Position numbers and translations under genes: made by a program
Notes under the pieces: generated by a model
Database searches by the model: none
Seen by the model: only the letters and a program-made list of their open reading frames with translations
Told to the model about the DNA's origin: nothing
Shown: one piece after another, positions 1 through 10,070 of the stretch
Position numbering within the stretch: position 1 is the first letter of the stretch
How the letters are laid out: every line of letters starts with the position of its first letter
Assembly: GCA_029561305.1 (NCBI GenBank)
Contig: JAKQJG010000128.1
Span: 9,318 to 73,317, forward strand
Direction of reading: 5' to 3'
Source: Bacteroidota bacterium
Lineage (GTDB): Bacteria > Bacteroidota > Bacteroidia > Chitinophagales > Chitinophagaceae
Length of the DNA stretch: 64,000 nt

Positions 1-931
1 ACAAGTATATGCTGTCAAGGCTCATACTGTCGCAGCTTATTTTATTTACCACAACCCGGGAAATACGGTAAACAGGACTGTTTGTAAACTGGCTGGGAGT
101 AAAGGTTGAAAAGTTTCCGCAGGCATCATATACCCTGATCCTTACCCTCCTTTCAGGAACATCAAGCTTTGAATACAAAGTAAAACGGGCAGGCAGCACA
201 GATCCCGATGCCCGTACAACCGAAGCACCGCTGCTGCTGATATTGATCACTTCAAACCTTCCTCCAGGCAGCAGGGCAGGCGTTACCGTGAGTGCATCAA
301 GCGAAAAACTATCACAATTAACCACGCTGATACTTGCACCGGTAATTGAAATAGAACCAGCACCACCAGTTACGGTTACCTCCCTCGTTTGTATATTTTG
401 ACAAGAGTCAGCAGCTTGTACCAGGTACGTTCCAGCGGGCAAGCCGGTAAAATCACCCGTAATATTGGTAACTCCCGTTTGTGCTGGCCCACTAAGGATT
501 GTGTAAGTATAAGGAGGCCGTCCGTTGGTCATTATGCCGGCGATACTGCCATTTGCAAGGGTGCAGGTTGTAACCGGGGTTGTAACTGGCGCATAATCGT
601 TGTTACCCGGCAGCACATAATTACCGTCCACTAAAATATTGCCGAATGTAAAAATCCCCCCGCTTCCATCTGTTACCCTAAGTGTGTATTGACCTGGAAA
701 CAGGGCGCTGAAAGTATCGGGCAATGCTAATGGAAAATGCGCCGGCCCTGGAGTATAATCTGGCGGATGGTTAGTAATGGACAATTGATAGGGGCCTCCG
801 CTACCAACTGTACCGCTGACAAATATGCTTCCGTTGTTTACACATCTCGATTCTGCAACCGTAATTGTTTGTGCTGAACCAGCACTGCTTAACAGGACTA
901 AAAAGGAGGTAAGTAAAATAAAAATCTTCAT
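1..931 (-). CDS. Partial (runs off left edge) large secreted beta-rich surface protein, SprB/T9SS-cargo-like
   Basis: Absent from the ORF track because it has no stop in the window. ATG at 931, signal peptide MKIFILLTSFLVLLSSAGSAQ, no stop seen in the frame down to the edge. Motifs GRPPYTYTI, FTGLPAGTYLVQAADSC and repeated (V/K)(N/S)CDS(F/M)SLD. Confidence 0.8.
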   Translation of the reverse strand, partial: MKIFILLTSFLVLLSSAGSAQTITVAESRCVNNGSIFVSGTVGSGGPYQLSITNHPPDYTPGPAHFPLALPDTFSALFPGQYTLRVTDGSGGIFTFGNILVDGNYVLPGNNDYAPVTTPVTTCTLANGSIAGIMTNGRPPYTYTILSGPAQTGVTNITGDFTGLPAGTYLVQAADSCQNIQTREVTVTGGAGSISITGASISVVNCDSFSLDALTVTPALLPGGRFEVINISSSGASVVRASGSVLPARFTLYSKLDVPERRVRIRVYDACGNFSTFTPSQFTNSPVYRISRVVVNKISCDSMSLDSIYL

Positions 932-987
932 TCAGTTGCCTTAAGTGTGCACTAATATATTTCTATTTCAACAAACGGCACGTATTA

Positions 988-1371
988 CTATAAAGACATT
1001 ATCGCAGTTACCTCTATTTCTATCAGCAACTCATCATCAATGAGCCTTGCCACTTCCACCATGGTTGCCGCAGGTTTTATCGTTGCAAAAAATTCTCCAT
1101 GGGCTTTACCAACTTCTTCCCAACCCGCAATATTGGTTACGTACATCCGGGTTCTTACCACATCATTAAGTGATGCACCGAAATGCAGTAAAGCTTTTTC
1201 AATCTTAGTAAAAATAAATTTCGTTTGCTGGTACACATCCCCCCTGCCTACGAGTATATCGCCATCCATGGCAGTGGTGCCTGCTACTTCTATTAAATTG
1301 CCCACTTTAACGGCCCTGGAGTAGCCCACTATATCTTCCCAGGGAGAACCTGAGCCTACCTGCTGTCTCAT
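988..1371 (-). CDS. RidA/YjgF/UK114 family protein
   Basis: WEDIVGYSRAV, EVAGTT, PAATMVEV, IEIEV motifs; 127 aa. Confidence 0.9.
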   Translation of the reverse strand: MRQQVGSGSPWEDIVGYSRAVKVGNLIEVAGTTAMDGDILVGRGDVYQQTKFIFTKIEKALLHFGASLNDVVRTRMYVTNIAGWEEVGKAHGEFFATIKPAATMVEVARLIDDELLIEIEVTAIMSL

Positions 1372-1422
1372 ATTGATATTTTTCTACAATGTACAGCTTT
1401 GTGTTTTTAAAAAGTTAGCCAT

Positions 1423-1442
1423 AAATTAGTCTAGCCTAATTT
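1423..1442. promoter_or_regulatory. Candidate DtxR/MntR-family operator upstream of mntH
   Basis: 20-bp palindrome AAATTAG-TCTAGC-CTAATTT about 70 bp upstream of the Nramp start; resembles DtxR-family boxes. Confidence 0.65.
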
Positions 1443-1513
1443 TAATTTTAGATAATGTGAATTATTAATTACTTTTATCCTTGATTTGAAACCACTATGT
1501 TTTATCGTACAAC

Positions 1514-3397
1514 ATGAGCAAACCGTTGCATAATGATCAATCGCTGAGTGAGGTACACCAGAGTATCGATACCACCATTAACCAGAAAACCGGCTGGCGC
1601 AGGATATTGAGCTTTCTTGGCCCTGCCTATTTAATCAGTGTGGGTTATATGGACCCCGGGAACTGGGCAACCGACCTGCAGGGTGGCAGCAAATTTGGCT
1701 ACAGTCTTATTTGGGTTTTATTGATGAGCAACCTGATGGCCTTGCTATTGCAGGGCCTCGCCGCCAGGCTGGGTATTGTAAGAGGCAGGGACCTTGCACA
1801 AGCTAACAGGGAAACCTACCCCAAAAGAATAAATTACGCTTTATATGGTCTTGCAGAAATTGCCATTGCTGCCACCGATCTGGCAGAAGTGCTGGGTATG
1901 GCGATCGGCATTCAGCTATTAACCGGTCTGCCGCTGATATGGGGTGTAAGCATAACGGTGCTGGATACATTTTTACTGTTGTACCTGCAGAAACTGGGTA
2001 TGAGAAAAATGGAGATCTTTATCATTGGTCTTGTAGCGGTTGTGAGTATTTCATTTTTGATCGAGATCATCCTCGCAAAACCAGATGCAGGTGAAATTGC
2101 CAGGGGCTTTATTCCCCATTTGGAAAATCCTGAAGCCCTCTATATTGCCATTGCCATCATCGGTGCCACTGTGATGCCACACAATCTTTACCTGCACTCG
2201 GCATTGGTGCAGACAAGAAAAATTGCACCAACAAAAGAAGGAATTAAAGAAGCGATCAAATTTAATTTGATCGACAGCGCCGTTGCACTCAACATAGCCT
2301 TTTTAGTAAATGCCGCCATTTTGATACTGGCAGCTACTGCTTTTTTTAATACCGGTAATTCAAATGTGGGCGAAATAAAAGAAGCACACCGGCTGCTGGC
2401 ACCCCTGTTGGGCAGCAAACTGGCGCCCATACTTTTTGCCGTTGCATTGATTGCTGCAGGACAAAGCAGTACTATCACGGGTACCCTGGCCGGGCAAATA
2501 GTAATGGAAGGTTACCTGCAATTGCGGATCAATCCCTGGGCCAGGAGATTGCTGACCAGGTTGCTGGCCATTATTCCTGCATTGATTGTAATATTAATTT
2601 ATGGAGAAGACAGGGTGGATGCCTTGCTGGTATTAAGCCAGGTCATATTAAGTCTGCAACTTGGGTTTGCTGTAATTCCTCTGATACATTTTGTAAGCGA
2701 CAAACAAAAAATGGGTGATTTTGCCATCAAAACTTACACAAAAATTGCCGCATGGATCATTGCTGCCACCTTGGTTGCCTTAAACTTTAAAATGCTGCTG
2801 AATGAAGCAGTTGGTATTTACAATGCCGATAGCATGCTACCCAAAATACTAGTCGCTATCGGCGGATTACTTTTTATTGCGCTGTTGGTATACATCACCA
2901 TACATCCCGCAGTTTCAAAAAGAAACAGAGAAGTGCCGATTGCGATCCATAGCGGCGACAATATTTTACAGGAAATACATGCACCTGCATTTAATCATAT
3001 TGCTGTGGCGCTTGATTTTTCTGAGAATGATGAAAAGCTTATTTCGCATGCATTAGGCCAGGGTAATCCAGGCAGCAGGTACTATTTAATTCATGTGGTG
3101 GAAAGCGTTTCTGCAAGCCTGCTGGGTAAATACAGCAACGATTACGAAACACAAAAAGATGCTGAAAGACTTGACACCTATGTAAAGCAGTTAAAAGAAA
3201 AAGGGTTTGATGCCGAGGCTAAACTCGGGTTTAACAGGCGTTCACCCGAGATCGTTAGAATTGTAAAAGAAACCGGTGCGGAAATGCTGATATTGGGGGC
3301 TCACAGGCATACTGGCTTAAAGGATATTTTATATGGTGAAACCGTAAACAGTGTGCGTCATGAATTGCCTATACCAGTCCTGATAGTAAATGTATGA
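1514..3397 (+). CDS. mntH: Nramp Mn2+/Fe2+ transporter with C-terminal universal stress protein domain
   Basis: YMDPGNW and MPHNLYLHS Nramp motifs; C-terminal IAVALDFS...LILGAH...G.TV..V.H....PVLIV USP fold. Confidence 0.93.
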   Translation: MSKPLHNDQSLSEVHQSIDTTINQKTGWRRILSFLGPAYLISVGYMDPGNWATDLQGGSKFGYSLIWVLLMSNLMALLLQGLAARLGIVRGRDLAQANRETYPKRINYALYGLAEIAIAATDLAEVLGMAIGIQLLTGLPLIWGVSITVLDTFLLLYLQKLGMRKMEIFIIGLVAVVSISFLIEIILAKPDAGEIARGFIPHLENPEALYIAIAIIGATVMPHNLYLHSALVQTRKIAPTKEGIKEAIKFNLIDSAVALNIAFLVNAAILILAATAFFNTGNSNVGEIKEAHRLLAPLLGSKLAPILFAVALIAAGQSSTITGTLAGQIVMEGYLQLRINPWARRLLTRLLAIIPALIVILIYGEDRVDALLVLSQVILSLQLGFAVIPLIHFVSDKQKMGDFAIKTYTKIAAWIIAATLVALNFKMLLNEAVGIYNADSMLPKILVAIGGLLFIALLVYITIHPAVSKRNREVPIAIHSGDNILQEIHAPAFNHIAVALDFSENDEKLISHALGQGNPGSRYYLIHVVESVSASLLGKYSNDYETQKDAERLDTYVKQLKEKGFDAEAKLGFNRRSPEIVRIVKETGAEMLILGAHRHTGLKDILYGETVNSVRHELPIPVLIVNV

Positions 3398-3404
3398 CAT
3401 CAAC

Positions 3405-6400
3405 TTAGTTAGATAATAATAAAGGCAGCTCTACATAAAAGCTGGTTCCCTGTCCTTCTCTTGTTTCAAACCATATTCGTCCATGGCTTTGTTCTACGAT
3501 ACCTTTGCACATTGCGAGGCCCAACCCGGTGCCGGATGTTTTAGTTGTAAAATTGGGTGTAAATATTTTTGACTGCATGGCTTCGGGAATGCCGTTGCCA
3601 TTATCTTTCACCGTAACCAGGACTTTATCATGTTCCACTTTCTCTGTTATATTTATATGCGGTATCCTGTCTTCCGGCACTGCCTGCATGGCATTTTGAA
3701 TAAGATTGGTAAACAGGCGATTGATATGCGTTTTATCTGCATAGATCATTACTGCACCATTCTGTGGGTACCAGTTCAACTGCAGATTTTCTTCGGCACC
3801 ATGCAAATGCGTTACTCCATCCAGTAATTCATTTAAATCAAATTTTTCACTGCGGGGATTACCAATATTTGCAAATTGTGAAAACTGTCCTGCGATCTGG
3901 CTAAGATGGTCTATCTGCTCCACCAATGTGCGGGCAACGCTTTTACTGAGATCCATTACGTTGGTTGCATTATTGTCTATCGCTTTTTGCAGGTACTGCA
4001 GGCTCAGCTTCATTGGCGTAAGCGGATTTTTTATTTCATGCGCCACCTGGCGGGCCATTTCACGCCACGCTCCTTCCCTTTCACTTTTTGCAAGGGCTGC
4101 AGCACTGTCATCCAGTTTTGCCACCATCTTGTTGTACTCCTCCACCAGCTCGCCGATCTCATCTTTTCGCTTCCATTTAATGGCTTCATTTATTTTCCCC
4201 AGGTTCACCTGCTTCATCCTGTTGCTGATAAAGGTGAACGAACGGGTGATGCGGTTGGTTATAAACAGTGCAACGATACCGGCAATTAAAAATATAAATG
4301 CATTCAGGTTGATGATGGCAACAAGAAAGTTGGAAATCTCCTGCCGCAGTTTTGTTTCAGAGGTAAAATAGGGAATATTCAGGTAAGCATACTGCTGCCC
4401 GTTAGCATCCAGCACCGGCACATAATTGCTGAGGTATTCCAGGCTGCCAATGGTTTCGTCTTTAAAAAACTGTATCTCTTTTAAATTATGAAGATGGTAA
4501 TAAGCCTCCGGGTCCATGAGGTTGCTTACAATTCCTTTGTTGTAGGGTAATGGCAAAGACGAAACTTTGAGATTACCATCCAGGTCGTACATGTTAATGT
4601 CCACTGCATGCACTTCCGATATTTTTGAAATGGTCAGTTCAAGTTTGTCACGGTAAGCCAGGTCGTATAGTTTTATCACATCGTCAAACACTGCAATATC
4701 AGCCAGGGAATTCCTCACCTCATTTTGCATCACCTGTATGGTGCGGCTGAGTGTTTCCCTGTTATTATTGTAATACCTGTCGATAAAGAAAAGGATAGTG
4801 GCCACCCCCACGACTATAAATGACAACAAGCTCATAAAAATGATAGTGGTATGTACCTGGTTGCGGATACTCATTTGCCAGTATTGCCTTATACTACCCC
4901 ATCTCAAGCGGGAACGTATAAACGAATTGAGTAACCAGAAAAACCCTGTTACAAAAAGAAATGCACAAAAAAGATAAGAGAACAATGTAATGGACTCAAT
5001 AATAAAGCTGTCTTTTTTCGCAATGATCACCACTTTGTCTGCTGCTGCTTTATACCACAATTCATCATAGTCGTCTTTTTCCCGCTGCTCATATTCCTCT
5101 TTTGGCACCTGGCTGGTTTGCAGGTGAGATGGAAACGCATAATCATTGTGACTGGTTACCATCTGCAGTTTATTATATACAGCAAATGAGTATATCGGTG
5201 AATTTTCAATGGAGGCATTATACCCTTTCAAAAAAAGTTCAGGGTACAGTGCGTCTGTCTTGTATTTTTTGGGTGTAGCAAGTATAAAAAGGGAACCCAG
5301 TGGTTTGCCCGTACTGTCCGAAATATCTTTCCTGCTGATGTAATTGAATTTATCATACGACACATCGTAGTAGTAAAGATCAGGCACAGCTGTGGCCTTA
5401 CCCTGCGTACGTAAAATGGAATTGAGTGTGGTAAACGTGCTCGAATCCTGGTTGTACAATGCCCTTTCGTTTTCATCAAATGAATAGATCCGGGTGTCGT
5501 ATTTGTTAAGGTATCCAGTAAAATTCCTGTTTAGCAAACTGTCTTTTATCAGTTTGTTTGACCGCTCGTTATTAAGCCTGGTAAACAAAGGAGCGATCGC
5601 TTCACTCCTGAAATCGGTCAATACGGTGTTCATCAGCCTTTCACTTGCAGGGTCTGCTTTTGATGACAGCACATCGGCATAATGTTTTCTTCTTTCGATC
5701 TCTTTTTTATTATTCTCCACCATGATGATGATGGAAATGGATATGGAGAAAAAGAACAACCAGAAAATAAGGCTGGAGGAAACAATTTTGGAGGCGAAAA
5801 AATACAGCCTCCGGGTATTTAACAGCAGTAAATAAATCAACAGCCAAATAAGTACGTTCAGTTCGAATATCACTCCCGGGTGACTGATACGAAAGGAAAG
5901 AAAAGCCAGGCCAACGATAGTAACGATCAGTATCAGCGACATGATGCTTTTGGGAAACAAAGGCTGCAGCAGGTAAACAACGATCTGTGATAAAAGAAAA
6001 AAACCGATTGCGAGGCATCCCAGGACCAGGAACCCCACAACAGTATAAATATTGAGGGTAAAGAAATTGACCACATCGAATGATATCTGTGAATCGGCCA
6101 CCATGGAGCGTATTATATTACCACAGCCAAACGCTGCTCCCAGTAAAATCAAAATGCCAATAAAAACCACCCCAAATTTTGCCGGGGTAGTTGTCACTTT
6201 TACTGCGATACCTTTTTCCTGCATAAAGTGCCGTACAAACAAAACGATCCATAAGAAAAAAATGGCGTTGATCAGCAAATCACCGAGTGAGCGGAATACG
6301 GCAGTGGCGGCATAAATTTTAGGGTCGAACAATTCGTACTGCCGCAGGTTTACCGGAACAGGAAAGAAATAACTTGCCAGCCTTACTAACAATAAGGCAG

Positions 6401-7154
6401 ACACGAGAAACAGAACACCCTTATAAAAACTCTGTTGAACAAAATTTCCAGCTACTACCTGTATAAACATCAGCAGCATAATAAGTGCCGTTAATCTGAA
6501 CATGGCAGCCACAATATTATTTCCTTGCACGCCGGCAGCAGACTTCTGCGTCAGTGAAAAAAGAAAAGTTCCATCTTTGGACCTGACATTGTTTTCATTT
6601 TCAACCTCTGATAATAGAAAATCATTTTCAAGACCGTCGTCCGTAACATAAGAATTGACGAGGTATTCATTGGTGATGGAGTAATTCCACTTTACAGGTA
6701 TCAGCTCAATTACTGTTAAATTGCCTTCCTGTACTTTTCGCCATACATACCACCCATTTCCGAGTTGCTGAAAACCCGTCCTTTTATCCTGCGTCAGCAC
6801 ATTTCCATCAGGCTGCACCACCTGTGTGTTCCAAAAAAGTAACCGGTAAAGCCCGATATCATCCTTGTCATATACGAAAATGAAATACTTTTTTTCAACG
6901 AATTGCTTTAGCAGTTTTTCATCATATTCTTTTACCGCAAGTCTTTGCAGAAGCTTTTTATCCGCAATAAGTGTATCGAAATCATTTTCCTGCTTTTGAA
7001 TATAGGACGACATTTTTCGCTGCACTGCACCCGCAGAAGAATTGGCAGCCCAATAATTATCAATGATAAATGAAATAGTAACCAGCCACGCTGCACCCAG
7101 CAACAGGTAGATGTTTTTTTTCAATATCTTATTAAATGAGCTCCCTTTATCCAA
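3405..7154 (-). CDS. Large multi-TM sensor histidine kinase (NtrY-like, HAMP-HisKA-HATPase)
   Basis: DEIGELV HAMP, AHEIKNPLTP H-box, NLIQNA N-box, DNGNG and GTGLGL G-boxes. Confidence 0.92.
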   Translation of the reverse strand: MDKGSSFNKILKKNIYLLLGAAWLVTISFIIDNYWAANSSAGAVQRKMSSYIQKQENDFDTLIADKKLLQRLAVKEYDEKLLKQFVEKKYFIFVYDKDDIGLYRLLFWNTQVVQPDGNVLTQDKRTGFQQLGNGWYVWRKVQEGNLTVIELIPVKWNYSITNEYLVNSYVTDDGLENDFLLSEVENENNVRSKDGTFLFSLTQKSAAGVQGNNIVAAMFRLTALIMLLMFIQVVAGNFVQQSFYKGVLFLVSALLLVRLASYFFPVPVNLRQYELFDPKIYAATAVFRSLGDLLINAIFFLWIVLFVRHFMQEKGIAVKVTTTPAKFGVVFIGILILLGAAFGCGNIIRSMVADSQISFDVVNFFTLNIYTVVGFLVLGCLAIGFFLLSQIVVYLLQPLFPKSIMSLILIVTIVGLAFLSFRISHPGVIFELNVLIWLLIYLLLLNTRRLYFFASKIVSSSLIFWLFFFSISISIIIMVENNKKEIERRKHYADVLSSKADPASERLMNTVLTDFRSEAIAPLFTRLNNERSNKLIKDSLLNRNFTGYLNKYDTRIYSFDENERALYNQDSSTFTTLNSILRTQGKATAVPDLYYYDVSYDKFNYISRKDISDSTGKPLGSLFILATPKKYKTDALYPELFLKGYNASIENSPIYSFAVYNKLQMVTSHNDYAFPSHLQTSQVPKEEYEQREKDDYDELWYKAAADKVVIIAKKDSFIIESITLFSYLFCAFLFVTGFFWLLNSFIRSRLRWGSIRQYWQMSIRNQVHTTIIFMSLLSFIVVGVATILFFIDRYYNNNRETLSRTIQVMQNEVRNSLADIAVFDDVIKLYDLAYRDKLELTISKISEVHAVDINMYDLDGNLKVSSLPLPYNKGIVSNLMDPEAYYHLHNLKEIQFFKDETIGSLEYLSNYVPVLDANGQQYAYLNIPYFTSETKLRQEISNFLVAIINLNAFIFLIAGIVALFITNRITRSFTFISNRMKQVNLGKINEAIKWKRKDEIGELVEEYNKMVAKLDDSAAALAKSEREGAWREMARQVAHEIKNPLTPMKLSLQYLQKAIDNNATNVMDLSKSVARTLVEQIDHLSQIAGQFSQFANIGNPRSEKFDLNELLDGVTHLHGAEENLQLNWYPQNGAVMIYADKTHINRLFTNLIQNAMQAVPEDRIPHINITEKVEHDKVLVTVKDNGNGIPEAMQSKIFTPNFTTKTSGTGLGLAMCKGIVEQSHGRIWFETREGQGTSFYVELPLLLSN

Positions 7155-7172
7155 TACCTGGTAATTTACTGC

Positions 7173-7958
7173 TTATGATTGATGTTTTATCCCATTCCAG
7201 ATGCTGTCCATTTCCCCGAGGGTCATTTCCTGTAGTGGCTTTCCTTTAGCCAATGCTGCAGTTTCCATCTTTGTAAAACGCTCTATGAATTTTTTATTTG
7301 TCTTCTCCAGCGCATTCTCCGCATCCACCTGCAAAAATCTTGCAAAGTTTATCAGGGAAAAAAACAAGTCGCCTAATTCTTCTTCCATATGTGCCATATC
7401 ACCGGATTCAATGGCTTCTTTCAATTCCCGCTGCTCCTCTTCCACTTTCTCCCATACCTGGTCTTTGTTTTCCCACTCAAACCCAACCTGCTTTGCCTTC
7501 TCCTGCAGGCGCATGGCCTTTACCGTTGCTGGTAATGATTTTGGCACCCCACTCAAAACTGATTTTTTCCCCTCTTTCATTTTCAACTTTTCCCAATTGC
7601 GTTTTACATCTTCTTCATCATTTACCTGTACAAGCCCGGAACCCGACGCGGGGGCATATATGTGGGGGTGGCGGAAAATAAGCTTTTCACAAACGCCGTT
7701 GATAACATCATCCAGCGTAAACTGCTGCTGCTCTGTGCCAATTTTTGAATAAAAAACGATGTGCAGTAAAATATCACCCAATTCTTCTTTGATCGATTTC
7801 CAGTCATGTTCGGTAATGGCATCTGCCAGCTCGTATGTTTCCTCAATGGTAAGCTGGCGAAGGGTATCAATCGTCTGCTTTTTATCCCAGGGGCATTTTT
7901 CCCTAAGATCATCCATTATTTTTACCAGCCTGTTAAAAGGCATTTCCTCTGTATGCAT
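7173..7958 (-). CDS. mazG: Nucleoside triphosphate pyrophosphohydrolase MazG
   Basis: CPWDKKQT, EETYEL, EELGD twice, KLIFRHPH. Confidence 0.95.
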   Translation of the reverse strand: MHTEEMPFNRLVKIMDDLREKCPWDKKQTIDTLRQLTIEETYELADAITEHDWKSIKEELGDILLHIVFYSKIGTEQQQFTLDDVINGVCEKLIFRHPHIYAPASGSGLVQVNDEEDVKRNWEKLKMKEGKKSVLSGVPKSLPATVKAMRLQEKAKQVGFEWENKDQVWEKVEEEQRELKEAIESGDMAHMEEELGDLFFSLINFARFLQVDAENALEKTNKKFIERFTKMETAALAKGKPLQEMTLGEMDSIWNGIKHQS

Positions 7959-8119
7959 GCATATCTTTTTTATTGTACAAAAGTAACTGCTGCATTGTAT
8001 AACAGCAATTTGGTTAAAAATAGTTAAAAAAGCGGTCAGCTAAACTTTTGCTATATCTTGTGCAGGAGAAATAACACTAAAATGATTTCTTTAATTTTAC
8101 TTTCTTGAAAACAAAGAAA

Positions 8120-8989
8120 ATGAATACATACATTGCTGTTACTGCATTACTTGTTACTTCCTGTTTACAAAAAACAAACGCCCAGTATTATCATAAAGAT
8201 ATTATCAGCGTGTACCAGGCCAATGCAGAAAACAGGCTCTATGCGGAGCAGAATGTAAGAAGCGTTATTGTTCACAGTTTTGAACCTGATGGCGTAGAGA
8301 GCAAGGATTTTGTATGCAGGAAAAAAGTAAGCAAAAATTTCCGGACAGTTGAAACATTTACCAGTTCACCAGGTACAGTCAGTTCGGTATTGATTTCAGA
8401 ATTTAACGAAAAAAATCAACTGGTAAGATCGTCTGACAGTTCCGAAATTACTGCTGCCACCAGTTTATACGAATATGATCAATTGGGAAGAATCCTGCGT
8501 ATTACTGCATACAACCATTCCAGCGACGATGACTTTACCACTTCATTAAAAGAAGTGCATGAGTACAGCTATAACCAAAAGGATCAGCCCCTGAAAATGC
8601 TGCGTATAAAAAACGACAGAGATACCATGCTGGTGGAGTTTTTAACAGATTCTAATGGCAATGTATCCGATGAAATTGAAAGGATACCCGGCGGCAGGCA
8701 CTGTTATTATTATTATAATGAAAACAAACAACTCACTGATATTGTCCGGTATAACGTTATGAGCAAATCAATGAAACCGGATTTTGTTTTTGGATACAAT
8801 GAAAAAGGGCAGGTAGTGCAAATGGTAACCGTGGAAGAAGGAGTTAACAACCCCTATTACAACGAAAAAGAAATGGCCAACTATTATACCTGGCGCTACT
8901 ATTATAATGATGAAGGCCTGCGTATTATTGAAAAATGTTTTTCAAGAGGTGCCAAATTGATTGGGTATGTAGAGTATGAATACGAATAA
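8120..8989 (+). CDS. Secreted hypothetical protein with YD-like beta-hairpin repeats
   Basis: Signal peptide or lipobox (LLVTSC); repeated YEYD..GR, YSYN..DQ, YYYN..KQ, FGYN..GQ units; ATG at 8120 preferred to TTG 8105. Confidence 0.7.
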   Translation: MNTYIAVTALLVTSCLQKTNAQYYHKDIISVYQANAENRLYAEQNVRSVIVHSFEPDGVESKDFVCRKKVSKNFRTVETFTSSPGTVSSVLISEFNEKNQLVRSSDSSEITAATSLYEYDQLGRILRITAYNHSSDDDFTTSLKEVHEYSYNQKDQPLKMLRIKNDRDTMLVEFLTDSNGNVSDEIERIPGGRHCYYYYNENKQLTDIVRYNVMSKSMKPDFVFGYNEKGQVVQMVTVEEGVNNPYYNEKEMANYYTWRYYYNDEGLRIIEKCFSRGAKLIGYVEYEYE

Positions 8990-9052
8990 AAAAAGGGTAC
9001 CAGCAATGGCACCCTCTCAGTAATCAAAACATTACTGGCTGCCTGCCGGCAG

Positions 9053-10060
9053 TCAAGGTTTACCAAAAAGACTTTTATACAATTCGTTTTTGCAATATCG
9101 GTACAAAATGCCGCCTGTTAAAGCCAGCATGCCAATAAAACAGCCCCCTATAAAACCAATGATCATCAGTAAAATGATGGGCTGCTTTTTCACGTCGAAC
9201 GGTGCGGTGGGTTTATCCAGCATGGCAATGATCGGTGTCACTTTTTGCAGACGCCATACCGCTTCATCCCTGTTATTGATGTACATATCCCGCTGGCGGA
9301 GTACCCTTTCTTTTTCTGAAGCAACATTTACTTTGGGTATGGAATATTCCAATAATTCAGCCGGGGTAAACATCGTGCGTTGCTGCATGGCAATCGCCTT
9401 CCTGTCCTCAGAATTGATCATCTTTTGAAGCGAATCAATTTTATCGAGCGTGAAATTATAATCGTCCAGTGCTTTTTGTCTTTTCAATTCCACATAAAAT
9501 TTCGACAGCTTATCAGCAATAACATTGGAGATCGGTGTAATATAACTTTCGTTGGTGCCGGTATAATACAATTCAAGCACTCCGTTCTTATTCATCTTTG
9601 CAGTAATATCCGCTTTTATTATTTCAGAAGCTTTTGTCGCCAGCGCCAAACTGTCTTTTGGAACAGTGGTACCGCTGCTGTAAAAAGGCCTATGCTCGTT
9701 GATGTCATTAATGATAAGTTCACCAATGGTTTTATTTTCAAACGCTGACAGCCTGGTTGTTACAACCGACTCCCTGATGCGGCGGCTCTGTGCCAGTTCA
9801 ATGATATTGATCGTTGCCTCGCTGCTGAAGGATTTTGGCGCATCATTTAAACCCAGTATGCCCTGGAGCATATTGTTTGAAATGGTATTATCACTAGGTG
9901 ACAACAAAGGAAATAAAGTTGCTTTGGAAGTATAAGTGGTGCGTTTGCCATTGGCATATACAAAAGCCAATACGGCAAACAAAGCGCCTGCTGCCAGTAT
10001 AATTATCTTGTACCGCTTTAGTTTGTGTAATACTGATATTAATAATTCTTGTGAATTCAC
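9053..10060 (-). CDS. Polysaccharide chain-length determinant (Wzz/GumC-like)
   Basis: N- and C-terminal TM helices around a coiled periplasmic region; LDKPTAP motif; directly follows the Wza-like gene. Confidence 0.75.
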   Translation of the reverse strand: MNSQELLISVLHKLKRYKIIILAAGALFAVLAFVYANGKRTTYTSKATLFPLLSPSDNTISNNMLQGILGLNDAPKSFSSEATINIIELAQSRRIRESVVTTRLSAFENKTIGELIINDINEHRPFYSSGTTVPKDSLALATKASEIIKADITAKMNKNGVLELYYTGTNESYITPISNVIADKLSKFYVELKRQKALDDYNFTLDKIDSLQKMINSEDRKAIAMQQRTMFTPAELLEYSIPKVNVASEKERVLRQRDMYINNRDEAVWRLQKVTPIIAMLDKPTAPFDVKKQPIILLMIIGFIGGCFIGMLALTGGILYRYCKNELYKSLFGKP

Positions 10061-10070
10061 AACGGGTATT

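Noticed and set aside
9039-9058. CTGCCTGCCGGCAG palindrome at the wzz stop
   Set aside because: Only a 10-bp perfect core and a single occurrence in the window; too short to call a repeat.
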